From: Macrostomum hystrix
Lineage: Eukaryota > Animalia > Platyhelminthes
Reading direction: 5' to 3'
Assembly (NCBI GenBank): GCA_950097015.1
Contig: CATNEN010000025.1
Coordinates: 1,364,001-1,428,000, forward strand
Length of the DNA: 64,000 nt
Every line of letters begins with the position of its first letter. Position 1 is the stretch's first letter. The notes below the pieces were generated by a model. The model saw only the letters and a list, made by a program, of their open reading frames with translations. It was not told where the DNA came from and searched no databases. Of the stretch, positions 1 to 12,682 are shown piece by piece. Position numbers and translations under genes: made by a program.

Positions 1-3000
1 AATTAGATTCGGTGTCTGTAAATTAGGATTCGGTGTCTGTAAATTAGGATTCGGTGTCTGTAAATTAGGATTCTGTGTCTGTAAATTAGGATTCTGTGTC
101 TGTAGATTAGGATTCTGTGTCTGTAAATTAGGATTTTGTGTCTGTAAATTAGGATTATGTGTCTGTAAATTAGGATTCGGTGTCTCTAAATTAGGATTCA
201 GTGTCTCTAAATTAGGATTCGGTGTCTGTAGATTAGGATTATGTGTCTGTAAATTAGGATTATGTGTCTGTAAATTAGGATTCTGTGTCTGTAAATTAGG
301 ATTCTGTGTCTGTAAATTGGGATTCTGTGTCTGTAAATTAGGATTCTGTGTCTGTAGATTAGGATTTGGTGTCTGTAAATTAGAATTCGGTGTCTGTAAA
401 TTAGGATTCGGTGTCTGTAAATTAGGATTCTGTGTCTGTAGATTAGGATTCGGTGTCTGTAAATTAGGATTCTGTGTCTGTAGATTAGGATTCGGTGTCT
501 GTAGATTAGGATTCTGTGTCTGTAGATTAGGATTCTGTGTCTGTAAATTAGGATTCGGTGTCTGTAAATTAGGATTCGGTGTCTGTAAATTAGGATTCTG
601 TGTCTGTAGATTATGATTCGGTGTCTGTAAATTAGGATTCGGTGTCTGTAAATTAGGATTCTGTGTCTGTAGATTAGGATTCGGTGTCTGTAAATTAGGA
701 TTCTGTGTCTGTAGATTAGGATTCGGTGTCTGTAGATTAGGATTCGGTGTCTGTAAATTAGGATTCTGTGTCTGTAAATTAGGATTCGGTGTCTGTAAAT
801 TAGGATTATGTGTCTGTAGATTAGGATTATGTGTCTGTAGATTAGGATTATGTGTCTGAAGATTAGGATTATGTGTCTGTAACTTAGGATTCGGTGTCTG
901 TAGATTAGTATTCGGTGTCTCTAAATGAGGATTCTGTGTCTGTAGATTAGGATTATGTGTCTGTAACTTAGGATTCGGTGTCTGTAAATTAGGATTCTGT
1001 GTCTCTAAATTAGGATTCTGTGTCTGTAGATTAGGATTCTGTGTCTGTAAAGTAGGATTCGGTGTCTGTAAATTAGGATTCGGTGTCTGTTAATTAGGAT
1101 TCGGTGTCTGTAAATTAGGATTATGTGTCTGTAGATTAGGAATCGGTGTCTGTAAATTAGGATTCGGTGTCTGTAAATTAGGATTCTGTGTCTGTAAATT
1201 AGGATTCTGTGTCTGTAAATTAGGATTCTGTGTCTGTAGATTAGGATTCTGTGTCTGTAAATTAGGATTCTGTGTCTGTAGATTAGGATTCGGTGTCTGT
1301 AAATTAGGATTCTGTGTCTGTAGATTAGGATTCGGTGTCTGTAGATTAGGATTCTGTGTCTGTAGATTAGGATTCTGTGTCTGTAAATTAGGATTCGGTG
1401 TCTGTAAATTAGGATTCGGTGTCTGTAAATTAGGATTCTGTGTCTGTAGATTATGATTCGGTGTCTGTAAATTAGGATTCGGTGTCTGTAAATTAGGATT
1501 CTGTGTCTGTAGATTAGGATTCGGTGTCTGTAAATTAGGATTCTGTGTCTGTAGATTAGGATTCGGTGTCTGTAGATTAGGATTCGGTGTCTGTAAATTA
1601 GGATTCTGTGTCTGTAAATTAGGATTCGGTGTCTGTAAATTAGGATTATGTGTCTGTAGATTAGGATTATGTGTCTGTAGATTAGGATTATGTGTCTGAA
1701 GATTAGGATTATGTGTCTGTAACTTAGGATTCGGTGTCTGTAGATTAGTATTCGGTGTCTCTAAATGAGGATTCTGTGTCTGTAGATTAGGATTATGTGT
1801 CTGTAACTTAGGATTCGGTGTCTGTAGATTAGGATTCTGTGTCTGTAGATTAGGATTCTGTGTCTGTAGATTAGGATTCTGTGTCTGTAAAGTAGGATTC
1901 GGTGTCTGTAAATTAGGATTCGGTGTCTGTAGATTAGGATTCGGTGTCTGTAAATTAGGATTATGTGTCTGTAGATTAGGAATCGGTGTCTGTAAATTAG
2001 GATTCGGTGTCTGTAAATTAGGATTCTGTGTCTGTAAATTAGGATTCTGTGTCTGTAAATTAGGATTCTGTGTCTGTAGATTAGGATTCGGTGTCTGTAA
2101 ATTAGGATTCTGTGTCTGTAGATTAGGATTCGGTGTCTGTAGATTAGGATTCTGTCTGTAGATTAGGATTCGGTGTCTGTAAATTAGGATTCTGTGTCTG
2201 TAGATTAGGATTCGGTGTCTGTAGATTAGGATTCTGTGTCTGTAAATTAGGATTCTGTGTCTGTAGATTAGGATTCGGTGTCTGTAAATTAGGATTCTGT
2301 GTCTGTAGATTAGGATTCGGTGTCTGTAGATTAGGATTCTGTGTCTGTAGATTAGGATTCTGTGTCTGTAAATTAGGATTCGGTGTCTGTAAATTAGGAT
2401 TCGGTGTCTGTAAATTAGGATTCTGTGTCTGTAGATTATGATTCGGTGTCTGTAAATTAGGATTCGGTGTCTGTAAATTAGGATTCTGTGTCTGTAGATT
2501 AGGATTCGGTGTCTGTAAATTAGGATTCTGTGTCTGTAGATTAGGATTCGGTGTCTGTAGATTAGGATTCGGTGTCTGTAAATTAGGATTCTGTGTCTGT
2601 AAATTAGGATTCGGTGTCTGTAAATTAGGATTATGTGTCTGTAGATTAGGATTATGTGTCTGTAGATTAGGATTATGTGTCTGAAGATTAGGATTATGTG
2701 TCTGTAACTTAGGATTCGGTGTCTGTAGATTAGTATTCGGTGTCTCTAAATGAGGATTCTGTGTCTGTAGATTAGGATTATGTGTCTGTAACTTAGGATT
2801 CGGTGTCTGTAGATTAGGATTCTGTGTCTGTAGATTAGGATTCTGTGTCTGTAGATTAGGATTCTGTGTCTGTAAAGTAGGATTCGGTGTCTGTAAATTA
2901 GGATTCGGTGTCTGTTAATTAGGATTCGGTGTCTGTAAATTAGGATTATGTGTCTGTAGATTAGGAATCGGTGTCTGTAAATTAGGATTCGGTGTCTGTA

Positions 3001-4452
3001 AATTAGGATTCTGTGTCTGTAAATTAGGATTCTGTGTCTGTAAATTGGGATTCTGTGTCTGTAGATTAGGATTCGGTGTCTGTAAATTAGGATTCTGTGT
3101 CTGTAAATTAGGATTCTGTGTCTGTAAATTAGGATTCTGTGTCTGTAGATTAGGATTCGGTGTCTGTAAATTAGAATTCGGTGTCTGTAAATTAGGATTC
3201 GGTGTCTGTAAATTAGGATTCTGTGTCTGTAAATTAGGATTCGGTGTCTGTAAATTAGGATTCTGTGTCTGTAGATTAGGATTCGGTGTCTGTAGATTAG
3301 GATTCGGTGTCTGTAAATTAGGATTCTGTGTCTGTAAATTAGGATTCGGTGTCTGTAAATTAGGATTCGGTGTCTGTAGATTAGGATTCGGTGTCTCTAA
3401 ATTAGGATTCTGTGTCTGTAGATTAGGATTATGTGTCTGTAACTTAGGATTCGGTGTCTGTAGATTAGGATTCGGTGTCTCTAAATTAGGATTCTGTGTC
3501 TGTAGATTAGGATTATGTGTCTGTAACTTAGGATTCGGTGTCTGTAGATTAGGATTCTGTGTCTGTAGATTAGGATTCGGTGTCTGTAGATTAGGATTCT
3601 GTGTCTGTAAATTAGGATTCGGTGTCTGTAAATTAGGATTCGGTGTCTGTTAATTAGGATTCGGTGTCTGTAAATTAGGATTATGTGTCTGTAAATTAGG
3701 ATTATGTGTCTGTAAATTAGGAATCGGTGTCTCTAAATTAGGATTCGGTGTCTCTAAATTAGGATTCGGTGTCTGTAGATTAGGATTATGTGTCTGTAAA
3801 TTAGGATTCGGTGTCTGTAAATTAGGATTATGTGTCTGTAGATTAGTATTATGTGTCTGTAGATTAGGATTATGTGTCTGAAGATTAGGATTATGTGTCT
3901 GTAACTTAGGATTCGGTGTCTGTAGATTAGGATTCGGTGTCTCTAAATTAGGATTCTGTGTCTGTAGATTAGGATTCGGTGTCTCTAAATTAGGATTCTG
4001 TGTCTGTAGATTAGGATTCGGTGTCTCTAAATTAGGATTCTGTGTCTGTAGATTAGGATTATGTGTCTGTAACTTAGGATTCGGTGTCTGTAGATTAGGA
4101 TTATGTGTCTGTAACTTAGGATTCGGTGTCTGTAGATTAGGATTCTGTGTCTGTAGATTAGGATTCGGTGTCTGTAGATTAGGATTCTGTGTCTGTAGAT
4201 TAGGATTCTGTGTCTGTAAATTAGGATTCGGTGTCTGTAAATTAGGATTATGTGTCTGTAGATTAGGATTATGTGTCTGTAGATTAGGATTATGTGTCTG
4301 AAGATTAGGATTATGTGTCTGTAACTTAGGATTCGGTGTCTGTAGATTAGGATTCGGTGTCTCTAAATTAGGATTCTGTGTCTGTAGATTAGGGTTATGT
4401 GTCTGTAACTTAGGATTCGGTGTCTGTAAATTAGGATTCGGTGTCTGTAGAT
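1..4452. repeat. 21-bp tandem satellite (GTGTCTGTA[A/G]ATTAGGATT[C/A][G/T]), about 210 copies, runs off the window start
   Basis: Period 21 read directly (GGTGTC at 11, 32, 53); ORFs 317..616 and 3045..3653 are 7-aa repeat translations. Confidence 0.98.
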
Positions 4453-4789
4453 CAGTGTCTTATAAGCGTCTGTTTATATAGCGCCATTCCTAAATTCAAG
4501 TGAAAATGCTGGTCAATATTTATGAGTCCACCACGCCCTAGACTTTCCATTAAGTGAATTGCTCGAGCACATTCGAAGGGATTGGCTCTTGACTCTGCAT
4601 TATACTCGTATTGTTTATTATTCCATAAATATCAGGCTAGGAGGCATTCAAGGAAAAGCGAGATAATTGCGTGAAGTCCACTTAGCCTACTTATACGATG
4701 GAAACCTCGCCGAGTTAGCTCGTATGAAAAAAGTTTTTCGAAATAAAACAATAATTTGTTTAGCTTTTATTGGCCTTCACGTTTAACAC

Positions 4790-5725
4790 ACTTCCACTAT
4801 CTCTCCCTCCCCTTTCTCTCGCACCCCTTTTCTCACCCCCACATTTCTCCCCCCACCTTCTTTCTCCCCCACCCACTTTCTCTCCCGTCCCATTTCTCTC
4901 CCATCCCATTTCTCTCCCACCCCATTTCTCTCCACCCCGTTTCTCTCCCACCCCATTTCTCTCCCACCCATTTCTCTCCCACCCATTTCTCTCCCATCCC
5001 ATTTCTCTCCCAACCAACTTCTCTCACACCACATTTCTCTCCCATCCCATTTCTCTCCCACCCAATTTCTCTCCCACCCCATTTCTCTCCCACCCCATTT
5101 CTCTCCAATCCCATTTCTCTCCCACCCCATTTCTCTCCACCCCGTTTCTCTCCCACCCATTTCTCTCCCATCCCATTTCTCTCCCACCCAATTTCTCTCC
5201 CACCCCATTTCTCTCTCACCCCATTTCTCTCCCATCCCATTTCTCTCCCACCCCATTTCTCTCCACCCCGTTTCTCTCCCACCACATTTCTCTCCCATCC
5301 CATTTCTGTCCCATCCCATTTCTCTCCCATCCCATTTCTCTCGCAACCAACTTCTCTCCCATCCCATTTCTCTCCCATCCCATTTCTCTCCCATCCCATT
5401 TCTATCCCATCCCATTTCTCTCCCATCCCATTTCTCTCCCATCCCATTTCTCTCCCATCCCATTTCTCTCGCAACCAACTTCTCTCCCATCCCATTTCTC
5501 TCCCATCCCATTTCTCTCCCATCCCATTTCTATCCCATCCCATTTCTCTCCCATCCCATTTCTCTCCCATCCCATTTCTCTCGCAACCAACTTCTCTCCC
5601 ATCCCATTTCTCTCCCATCCCATTTCTCTCCCATCCCATTTCTATCCCATCCCATTTCTCTCCCACCCAATTTCTCTCCCAACCCTTTCCCTCCTAACCC
5701 TTTCCCTCCTAACCCTTTCTCTCCC
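4790..5725. repeat. ~16-bp pyrimidine-rich minisatellite (CCCATCCCATTTCTCT)
   Basis: Repeated unit visible throughout; explains the overlapping ORFs at 4756-5894. Confidence 0.95.
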
Positions 5726-6714
5726 ACCGTCGCAACTATATTGCCTCTACTTTCGTTCCTCTGCACTCTCGTCTTTTTATCATCGATTCTTCACTGTCGG
5801 TTCTCACCTCGCTTTAATTCTGTCTAGTTCTTTTCATCTGACCTTGATCTCTCTCCTTTTCCGCCTTCTGATTGGTCCGCCTCTCACCTGCTAGCCTCCT
5901 CTCCTACCCTCAGTCGCGCACTCTTTTGTTATCGGTGACGCCAACCCTCTCCCAGTTCTGTCCAACTTAACCATATATAAATATATAGTCACGGACACAG
6001 CGCCATCTCACATTTCATTTCACTTATATTCTCTTCTCTTGGCTACATGCAGGCCAGTTAAACATTTATTTATTTCTCTCCCCTCACTTTTTCTCCTCTT
6101 CCCTTTATCTCCTATGTCGACTATTTTGTAAACTGTGAACCAGTCATTTTCTTATTCAATTGTATCCAGTTAATATATTTTCTTTCCGAACCAATTAGTC
6201 AGCGAAAATCTTTTTCAAACCCAATTTCTTTATCTCCAATCAGCGCTAAAATGAAGCAGGTGGCGAATGGCGAGTCCTTGAAATTGTTTTATTCGAAGAT
6301 CGGCAACTCGATTTCTAGGGGGGGGATTTATTCACAACTGCGAGTAAATATGGTTTATGAAGTTCGAACGACAATGCGTTCTGCTTTCTATTGAACGCAG
6401 CATCCTAAAACCAATGCCAAAGCATGTAAATTTCAAATCTCAGCATTTAAAGTGTGATGAATAAACAGTTATTTCTCGTATCTACGGCTCGTAAGCAGTG
6501 TTTGCATCGGCAGCCAATAAGAATATGTTTAGAGGGTGGAGCGAGATGCACGAACGCCATTGGCTGGATAGGCGAAGGCAAATCTTTGTGCCGGGAGCAT
6601 CAGCCAAAAACATATTTACCGTGGACTTGTTTCACACTTTACAAGGGCTCAAGGAAACTTCTGTCTGAGGTCGACAACGACGAGGAAAGAAATTAATTTG
6701 CTTAAGCCTAGAGC

Positions 6715-9700
6715 ATGTGGCCAGCCTACGAAAACAGCAGCCACGCGTGCGAGAACGCCACGAGGGACAATGAGGAGCACAGGGCTCGCTATCCGGGCCT
6801 GACACTCTACCTGATCATCATGGCCTGCCTGCCCGCCGTCAACGCGTCCCTCAGCACCGTCTGCGTCGCCGTACTACTTCGTCGTCGTGGACGGCCGCGC
6901 CACAGGCTAGCCTCGAACCATCGCCGATTAGTCGGCGGTGGCAGCGCCGGAGTTTTCAGCAACGGCGGAGGCGGCGGGGGTGGCGCGGCTGGCGGCAACG
7001 GATTCAGCTGCGGCAGCTTGCCAGAGTTCGAAAGGCTTCTAGTTCTGCTGGCTGTTGCTGAGGTAGCTTTTCAGGTGAGCTCGGCAGCGAGATACAGAGT
7101 GACAGCAAGCAAGCGAAAATTTTAGGAGGGACTTCAGGGAAGTGTGAAACTTCAGGGAAGTGTAAAACTTCAGGGAAGTGAAACTTCAGGGAAGTGAAAC
7201 TTCAGGGAAGTGAAACTTCAGGGAAGTGAAACTTCAGGGAAGTGAAACTTCAGGGAAGTGAAACTTCAGGGAAGTGAAACTTCAGGGAAGTGAAACTTCA
7301 GGGAAGTGAAACTTCAGGGAAGTGAAACTTCAGGGAAGTGAAACTTCAGGGAAGTGAAACTCCAGGGAAGTGAAACTTCAGGGAAGTGAAACTTCAAGGA
7401 AGTGAAACTTCAGGGAAGTGAAACTTCAGGGAAGTGAAACTTCAGAGAAGTGAAACTTCAGGGAACTCAATGCCTGCTAATCAAATTTGATTTGTTTACG
7501 AAAAAAATCGACCAACTCTCGCGTCAAAATCTTGCAAAGGCTTTCTTTGGTGTCCAGCAACTGCTGACCTACTTTGTCGAGCTGAATCAACTTCGAGCTG
7601 GAAGCAAGTCGGCTGCCATGATCTTGGCCTGTCTTCTCCAGGCCAGCTTCCTGCTCGTCTCCTGGTGTCACGTGACTCGCAACTGGATCGTAGCCCTCAT
7701 CGCACTCTATCGCTACCGCATGGCGTCCAGCGCCAGCCTGGCTAGCGGTTGGTTGCTAGGCAACCAAACCATGGTGCGGACCGCCGTGCTGTGGCTTGCC
7801 ACTCTGGCGTTTAACCTGCCACGATTGTTCGAGTTTCAAGTGATTGTGTGCTCTCAGTGGAATCAGGTGAGTATGCTACCCATTAAAATTAAATTATAGT
7901 ACGAGTATAATGATATTCGCAGGCGGGCTGTGTGCGAGCTATGTATATGTAGGTTATTTGTGCGAGGATGTAGGATGTAGCAGGACATCCGGTGGCTTAG
8001 AGGACTCGCATGGGCGGCCTACCGGTCTGGAGGGCTCGGCTTTGCCAGGCGTTGGTTGAGACCGTCCTGTTGTACAACGCCGAGTACTTTTGCGTTGAAT
8101 GTTAATGGACTTTTTTATGTCATGTGAATATACTTTTGCATGCCGTGTCAATGTTCTTTGACAGAACCAGCTACATGCTTTCTTTAAAGTGCATTCGATC
8201 TGAATGAAAAAAAAGCACAATCAAACCGACCAGGTGACTCATATCGACGACTTTCTGCATGGCAAAGTGGGTTATCGAATCTTCTACCACGGCTGCCTGT
8301 TATTCCTAGTGCAGAGCGGCGGTCCCACCATAGCTGTGCTCACGTTTAGCTGTCTGCTGGCTGTTGCATTATGCCGACAGAGGCGCTGCCGCTTGCGCCG
8401 CTTCAGCAGCAACGCCAACGGCGGCGGAGGCGGAGGCGGCGGTTCGGGCGCTGTCGCTGGCAGTAGCGGTGGCAGCGAGGCCTCGTCCTGCAACAGAACC
8501 GTTTTGGCTCTGAGCTCCTGCTTCCTGCTGTGCGAGGCGCCAACTCTGCTTAAGGTGGGCAGCCGGATTTGCGTGTGTCTAACATCTACAGCTTTTGTCT
8601 AACATCTACAGCTTCTGTCTAACATCTCCAGCTTCTGTCTAGCATCTACAGCTTCTGTCTAACACCTACAGCTTCTGTCTAACATCTACAGCTTCTGTCT
8701 AACACCTACAGCTTCTGTCTAACACCTACAGCTTCTGTCTAACACCTACAGCTTCTGTCTAACATCTACAGCTTCTGTCTAACACCTACAGCTTCTGTCT
8801 AACACCTACAGCTTCTGTCTAACGTCTACAGCTTCTGTCTAGCATCTACAGCTTCTGTCTAACATCTACAGCTTCTGTCTAACATCTACAGCTTCTGTCT
8901 AACATCTACAGCTTCTGTCTAACATCTACAGCTTCTGTCTAACATCTACAGCTTCTGTCTAACACCTACAGCTTCTGTCTAACATCTACAGCTTCTGTCT
9001 AACCCCTACAGCTTCTGTCTAACACCTACAGCTTCTGTCTAACATCTATAACAGCTTCTGTCTAACACCTACAGCTTCTGTCTAACAACTACAGCTTCTG
9101 TCTAACATCTACAACTTCTGTCTAACGCCTAAAGCTTCTGTCTAGCATCTACAGCTTCTGTCTAACATCTACAGCTTCTGTCTAACATCTACAGCTTCTG
9201 TCTAACACCTACAGCTTCTGTCTAGCATCTACAGCTTCTGTCTAACACCTACAGCTTCTGTCTAACACCTACAGCTTCTGTCTAACATCTATAACAGCTT
9301 CTGTCTAACACCTACAGCTTCTGTCTAACAACTACAGCTTCTGTCTAACATCTACAACTTCTGTCTAACGCCTAAAGCTTCTGTCTAGCATCTACAGCTT
9401 CTGTCTAACATCTACAGCTTCTGTCTAACATCTACAGCTTCTGTCTAACACCTACAGCTTCTGTCTAGCATCTACAGCTTCTGTCTAACACCTACAGCTT
9501 CTGTCTAACCCCTATACAGATTCTGTCTAACACCTACAGCTTCTGTCTAACATCTACAGCTTCTGTCTAACGCCCACAGCTTCTGTCTAACGCCCACAGC
9601 TTCTGTCTAACGCCCACAGCTTCTGTCTAACACCTACAGCTTCTGTCTAACCCCTATACAGATTCTGTCTAACACCTACAGCTTCTGTCTAACACCTACA

Positions 9701-10205
9701 GCTTCTGTCTAACATCTACAGCTTCTGTCTAACGCCCACAGCTTCTGTCTAGCATCTACAGCTTCTGTCTAGCATCTCCAGCTTCTGTCTAGCATCTCCA
9801 GCTTCTCTCTTGCATCTACAGCTTCTGTCTAACATCTACAGCTTCTTTCTAGCATCTCCACATCTTCTTTCTCATCCAAATCTCATCTAATTTTTTCCAT
9901 TGAATTCGCAGGTCGTTGACCCCGTCACCACTCGGCTTCACGTGCTGGGCTATGCCACAAATTTTCTCACCTGCCTGAACTCCAGTCTAAACCTATGCGT
10001 CTATATGCTGTGCAATAGAAACTTTCGGATGAGCCTAGCTAGCTGCTTAGCCGATTGGCAAGAACGGCTACGTCAGGCGCCGCGAGCTCTGCAGCATCAA
10101 CAACAACAGCAACAGCAGCAACAGCAGCGTCTGAGGACGGCAGCCAGAAGACTGCTCAGAGCTCAGTTGGCTGAGGAGAATTGTCTTGAAGACGAAGGGA
10201 TTTGA
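6715..10205 (+). CDS. Class A (rhodopsin-like) GPCR, FMRFamide/peptide-receptor-like, 4 exons, ~427 aa
   Basis: Exons 6715-7074, 7558-7866, 8234-8554, 9912-10205 (1284 nt, all introns GT-AG phase 0). TM3 RNWIVALIALYRY, TM4 FNLPRLFEF, TM6 CFLLCEAP, TM7 NSSLNLCVY. The exon 3 acceptor has a weak pyrimidine tract. Confidence 0.85.
7135..7465. repeat. 16-bp minisatellite (GAAACTTCAGGGAAGT) in GPCR intron 1
   Basis: About 20 near-identical copies, period 16. Confidence 0.97.
8576..9862. repeat. 20-bp minisatellite (TCTAACATCTACAGCTTCTG) in GPCR intron 3
   Basis: Period 20; starts about 20 nt after the donor at 8555. Confidence 0.97.
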
Positions 10206-10207
10206 GA

Positions 10208-10445
10208 ATCACGAAACTTGACAACACCGAAATGGGAAAATTCCGAAACTTGACAAACTCGAAACGTTGCTACCACGAAACTTGACAACGCCGAAGCAGA
10301 AAAACCCCCGAACGTTGACAAACTTCCGAAACTTGACAAACCCCGATAGTTGGGAGTCCAGAAATTTCAGAATCACGAAATTCAAGGATACAGCAGACCT
10401 GCATGGAGAGCGCCAAAACTTGACAACCGAAACTTGACAAAAAAA
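10208..10445. repeat. Degenerate array of the motif CGAAACTTGACAA directly after the GPCR stop codon
   Basis: About 8-10 irregularly spaced GAAACTTGACAA/GAAATTTCA-like motifs. Confidence 0.75.
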
Positions 10446-11299
10446 AATAGACATTAAACGCTATTTATCAGTGAATGGTACATGTATATTTGTCAGTGTG
10501 TTATTTACGCTCTGCTCTTTCTTGTCAAACCAGCCACATTTTTATGTTCTCTTCATCTTGTCTATTGTGTTTGTATTCGATAAAGCATCATTATCCCTGT
10601 CCATCAGTATATTTTTAACGAAATAGTTTACTACATAAGCGCTGCACATTCCTCAGTGTTCTCCCTAATGCCAGCACCAAGACATAAATATACTTGATCA
10701 TTCGCAAAGGTTTTCGTATTATTCTAAATTTCATTCCGATATCTAATTTATCCTCAGCTTTTTAGAGTACTTCTGAATACCTTCTGGTCGCTATGAATAA
10801 TTTCCAGTTTCAAGGGCTCACCTGATCCCTCTGGTTGTCTCACGATTCGCTTCCTTCACTTATTTCATTTCACTCGCGCGCCCCCACCCAAACAGAGCTG
10901 CACAGTCGACAGAACAAGCCGCCTAGTCAGGGAAAAACATGTAATTAGCAGGCTTGGATACAAGCCCAGCAGAATGCTATACAGTTAGTCAACAGTCTTA
11001 GCTCTTATTTCATACGGTACTGTGAACTCTCTTCTGTCTACTGATTAAATTTACTTGGGGTGTCAGAATTCAGTATATGCCAAGCCAGACCTGATTTGCA
11101 TGGCTATAAAAATGCGTAATACTATTCGCTTCTTTAATATGTATTAAAACTTTGTGTTCAAAGACAAAACAATTATAGCGAAGTATACTGTACAGGCATC
11201 ATAATATACTCACAGTTCATTGCATTCAACCATCATAGTCATTGCATCGGTTATTACCTCTCTAGTGTTTATTTCATCTTTCATCTTTCATCTTTCATT

Positions 11300-12682
11300 C
11301 ATTCATCTTTCTTATTTCAGCCTTCCTAATCTGTTTATTGCATGTCATTACCTTCCTAATCTGTTTATTGCATCTGTCATTGCCTTCCTAATCTGTTTAT
11401 TGCATGTCATTACCTTCCTAATCTGTTTCTTGCATCTGTCATTGCCTTCCTAATCTGTTTATTGCATCTATTACCTTCCTAATCTGTTTCTTGCATCTGT
11501 CATTGCCTTCCTAATCTGTTTATTGCATCTGTCATTGCCTTCCTAATCAGTTTATTGCGCCTGTCATTGCCTTCCTAATCTGTTTATTGCGTCTGTCATT
11601 GCCTTCCTAATCTGTTTCTTGCATCTTTCATTGCCTTCCTAATCTGTTTATTGCATCTGTCATTGCCTTCCTAATCTGTTTATTGCGTCTGTCATTGCCT
11701 TCCGAATCTGTTTCTTGCATCTATTACCTTCCTAATCTGTTTATTGCATCTGTCATTACCTTCCTAATCTGTTTATTGCGTCTGTCATTGCCTTCCTAAT
11801 CTGTTTATTGCGTCTGTCATTGCCTTCCGAATCTGTTTCTTGCATCTATTACCTTCCTAATCTGTTTATTGCATCTGTCATTGCCTTCCTAATATGTTTA
11901 TTGTATCTGTCATTGCCTTCCTAATCAGTTTATTGCGCCTGTCATTGCCTTCCTAATCTGTTTATTGCGTCTGTCATTGCCTTCCTAATATGTTTATTGC
12001 ATCTTTCATTGCCTTCCTAATCTGTTTATTGCATCTGTCATTGCCTTCCTAATCTGTTTATTGCGTCTGTCATTGCCTTCCGAATCTGTTTCTTGCATCT
12101 ATTACCTTCCTAATCTGTTTATTGCATCTGTCATTGCCTTCCTAATCTGTTTATTGCATCTGTCATTACCTTCCTAATCTGTTTATTGCATCTGTCATTG
12201 CCTTCCTAATCAGTTTATTGCGCCTGTCATTGCCTTCCTAATCTGTTTATTGCGTCTGTCATTGCCTTCCTAATCTGTTTCTTGCATCTTTCATTGCCTT
12301 CCTAATCTGTTTATTGCATCTGTCATTGCCTTCCTAATCTGTTTATTGCGTCTGTCATTGCCTTCCGAATCTGTTTCTTGCATCTATTACCTTCCTAATC
12401 TGTTTATTGCATCTGTCATTACCTTCCTAATCTGTTTATTGCGTCTGTCATTGCCTTCCTAATCTGTTTATTGCGTCTGTCATTGCCTTCCGAATCTGTT
12501 TCTTGCATCTATTACCTTCCTAATCTGTTTATTGCATCTGTCATTGCCTTCCTAATATGTTTATTGTATCTGTCATTGCCTTCCTAATCAGTTTATTGCG
12601 CCTGTCATTGCCTTCCTAATCTGTTTATTGCATCTGTCATTGCCTTCCTAATCTGTTTATTGCATCTGTCATTGCCTTCTTA
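11300..12682. repeat. 32-bp minisatellite (TTGCATCTGTCATTGCCTTCCTAATCTGTTTA)
   Basis: Period 32 (TATTGC at 11521 and 11553), with recurring variant units. Confidence 0.97.

Noticed and set aside
1-4452. Telomeric array (TTAGG within the unit)
   Set aside because: TTAGG is only 5 of 21 bp and never tandem; the same applies to the GTTAGG in the 25-bp repeat.
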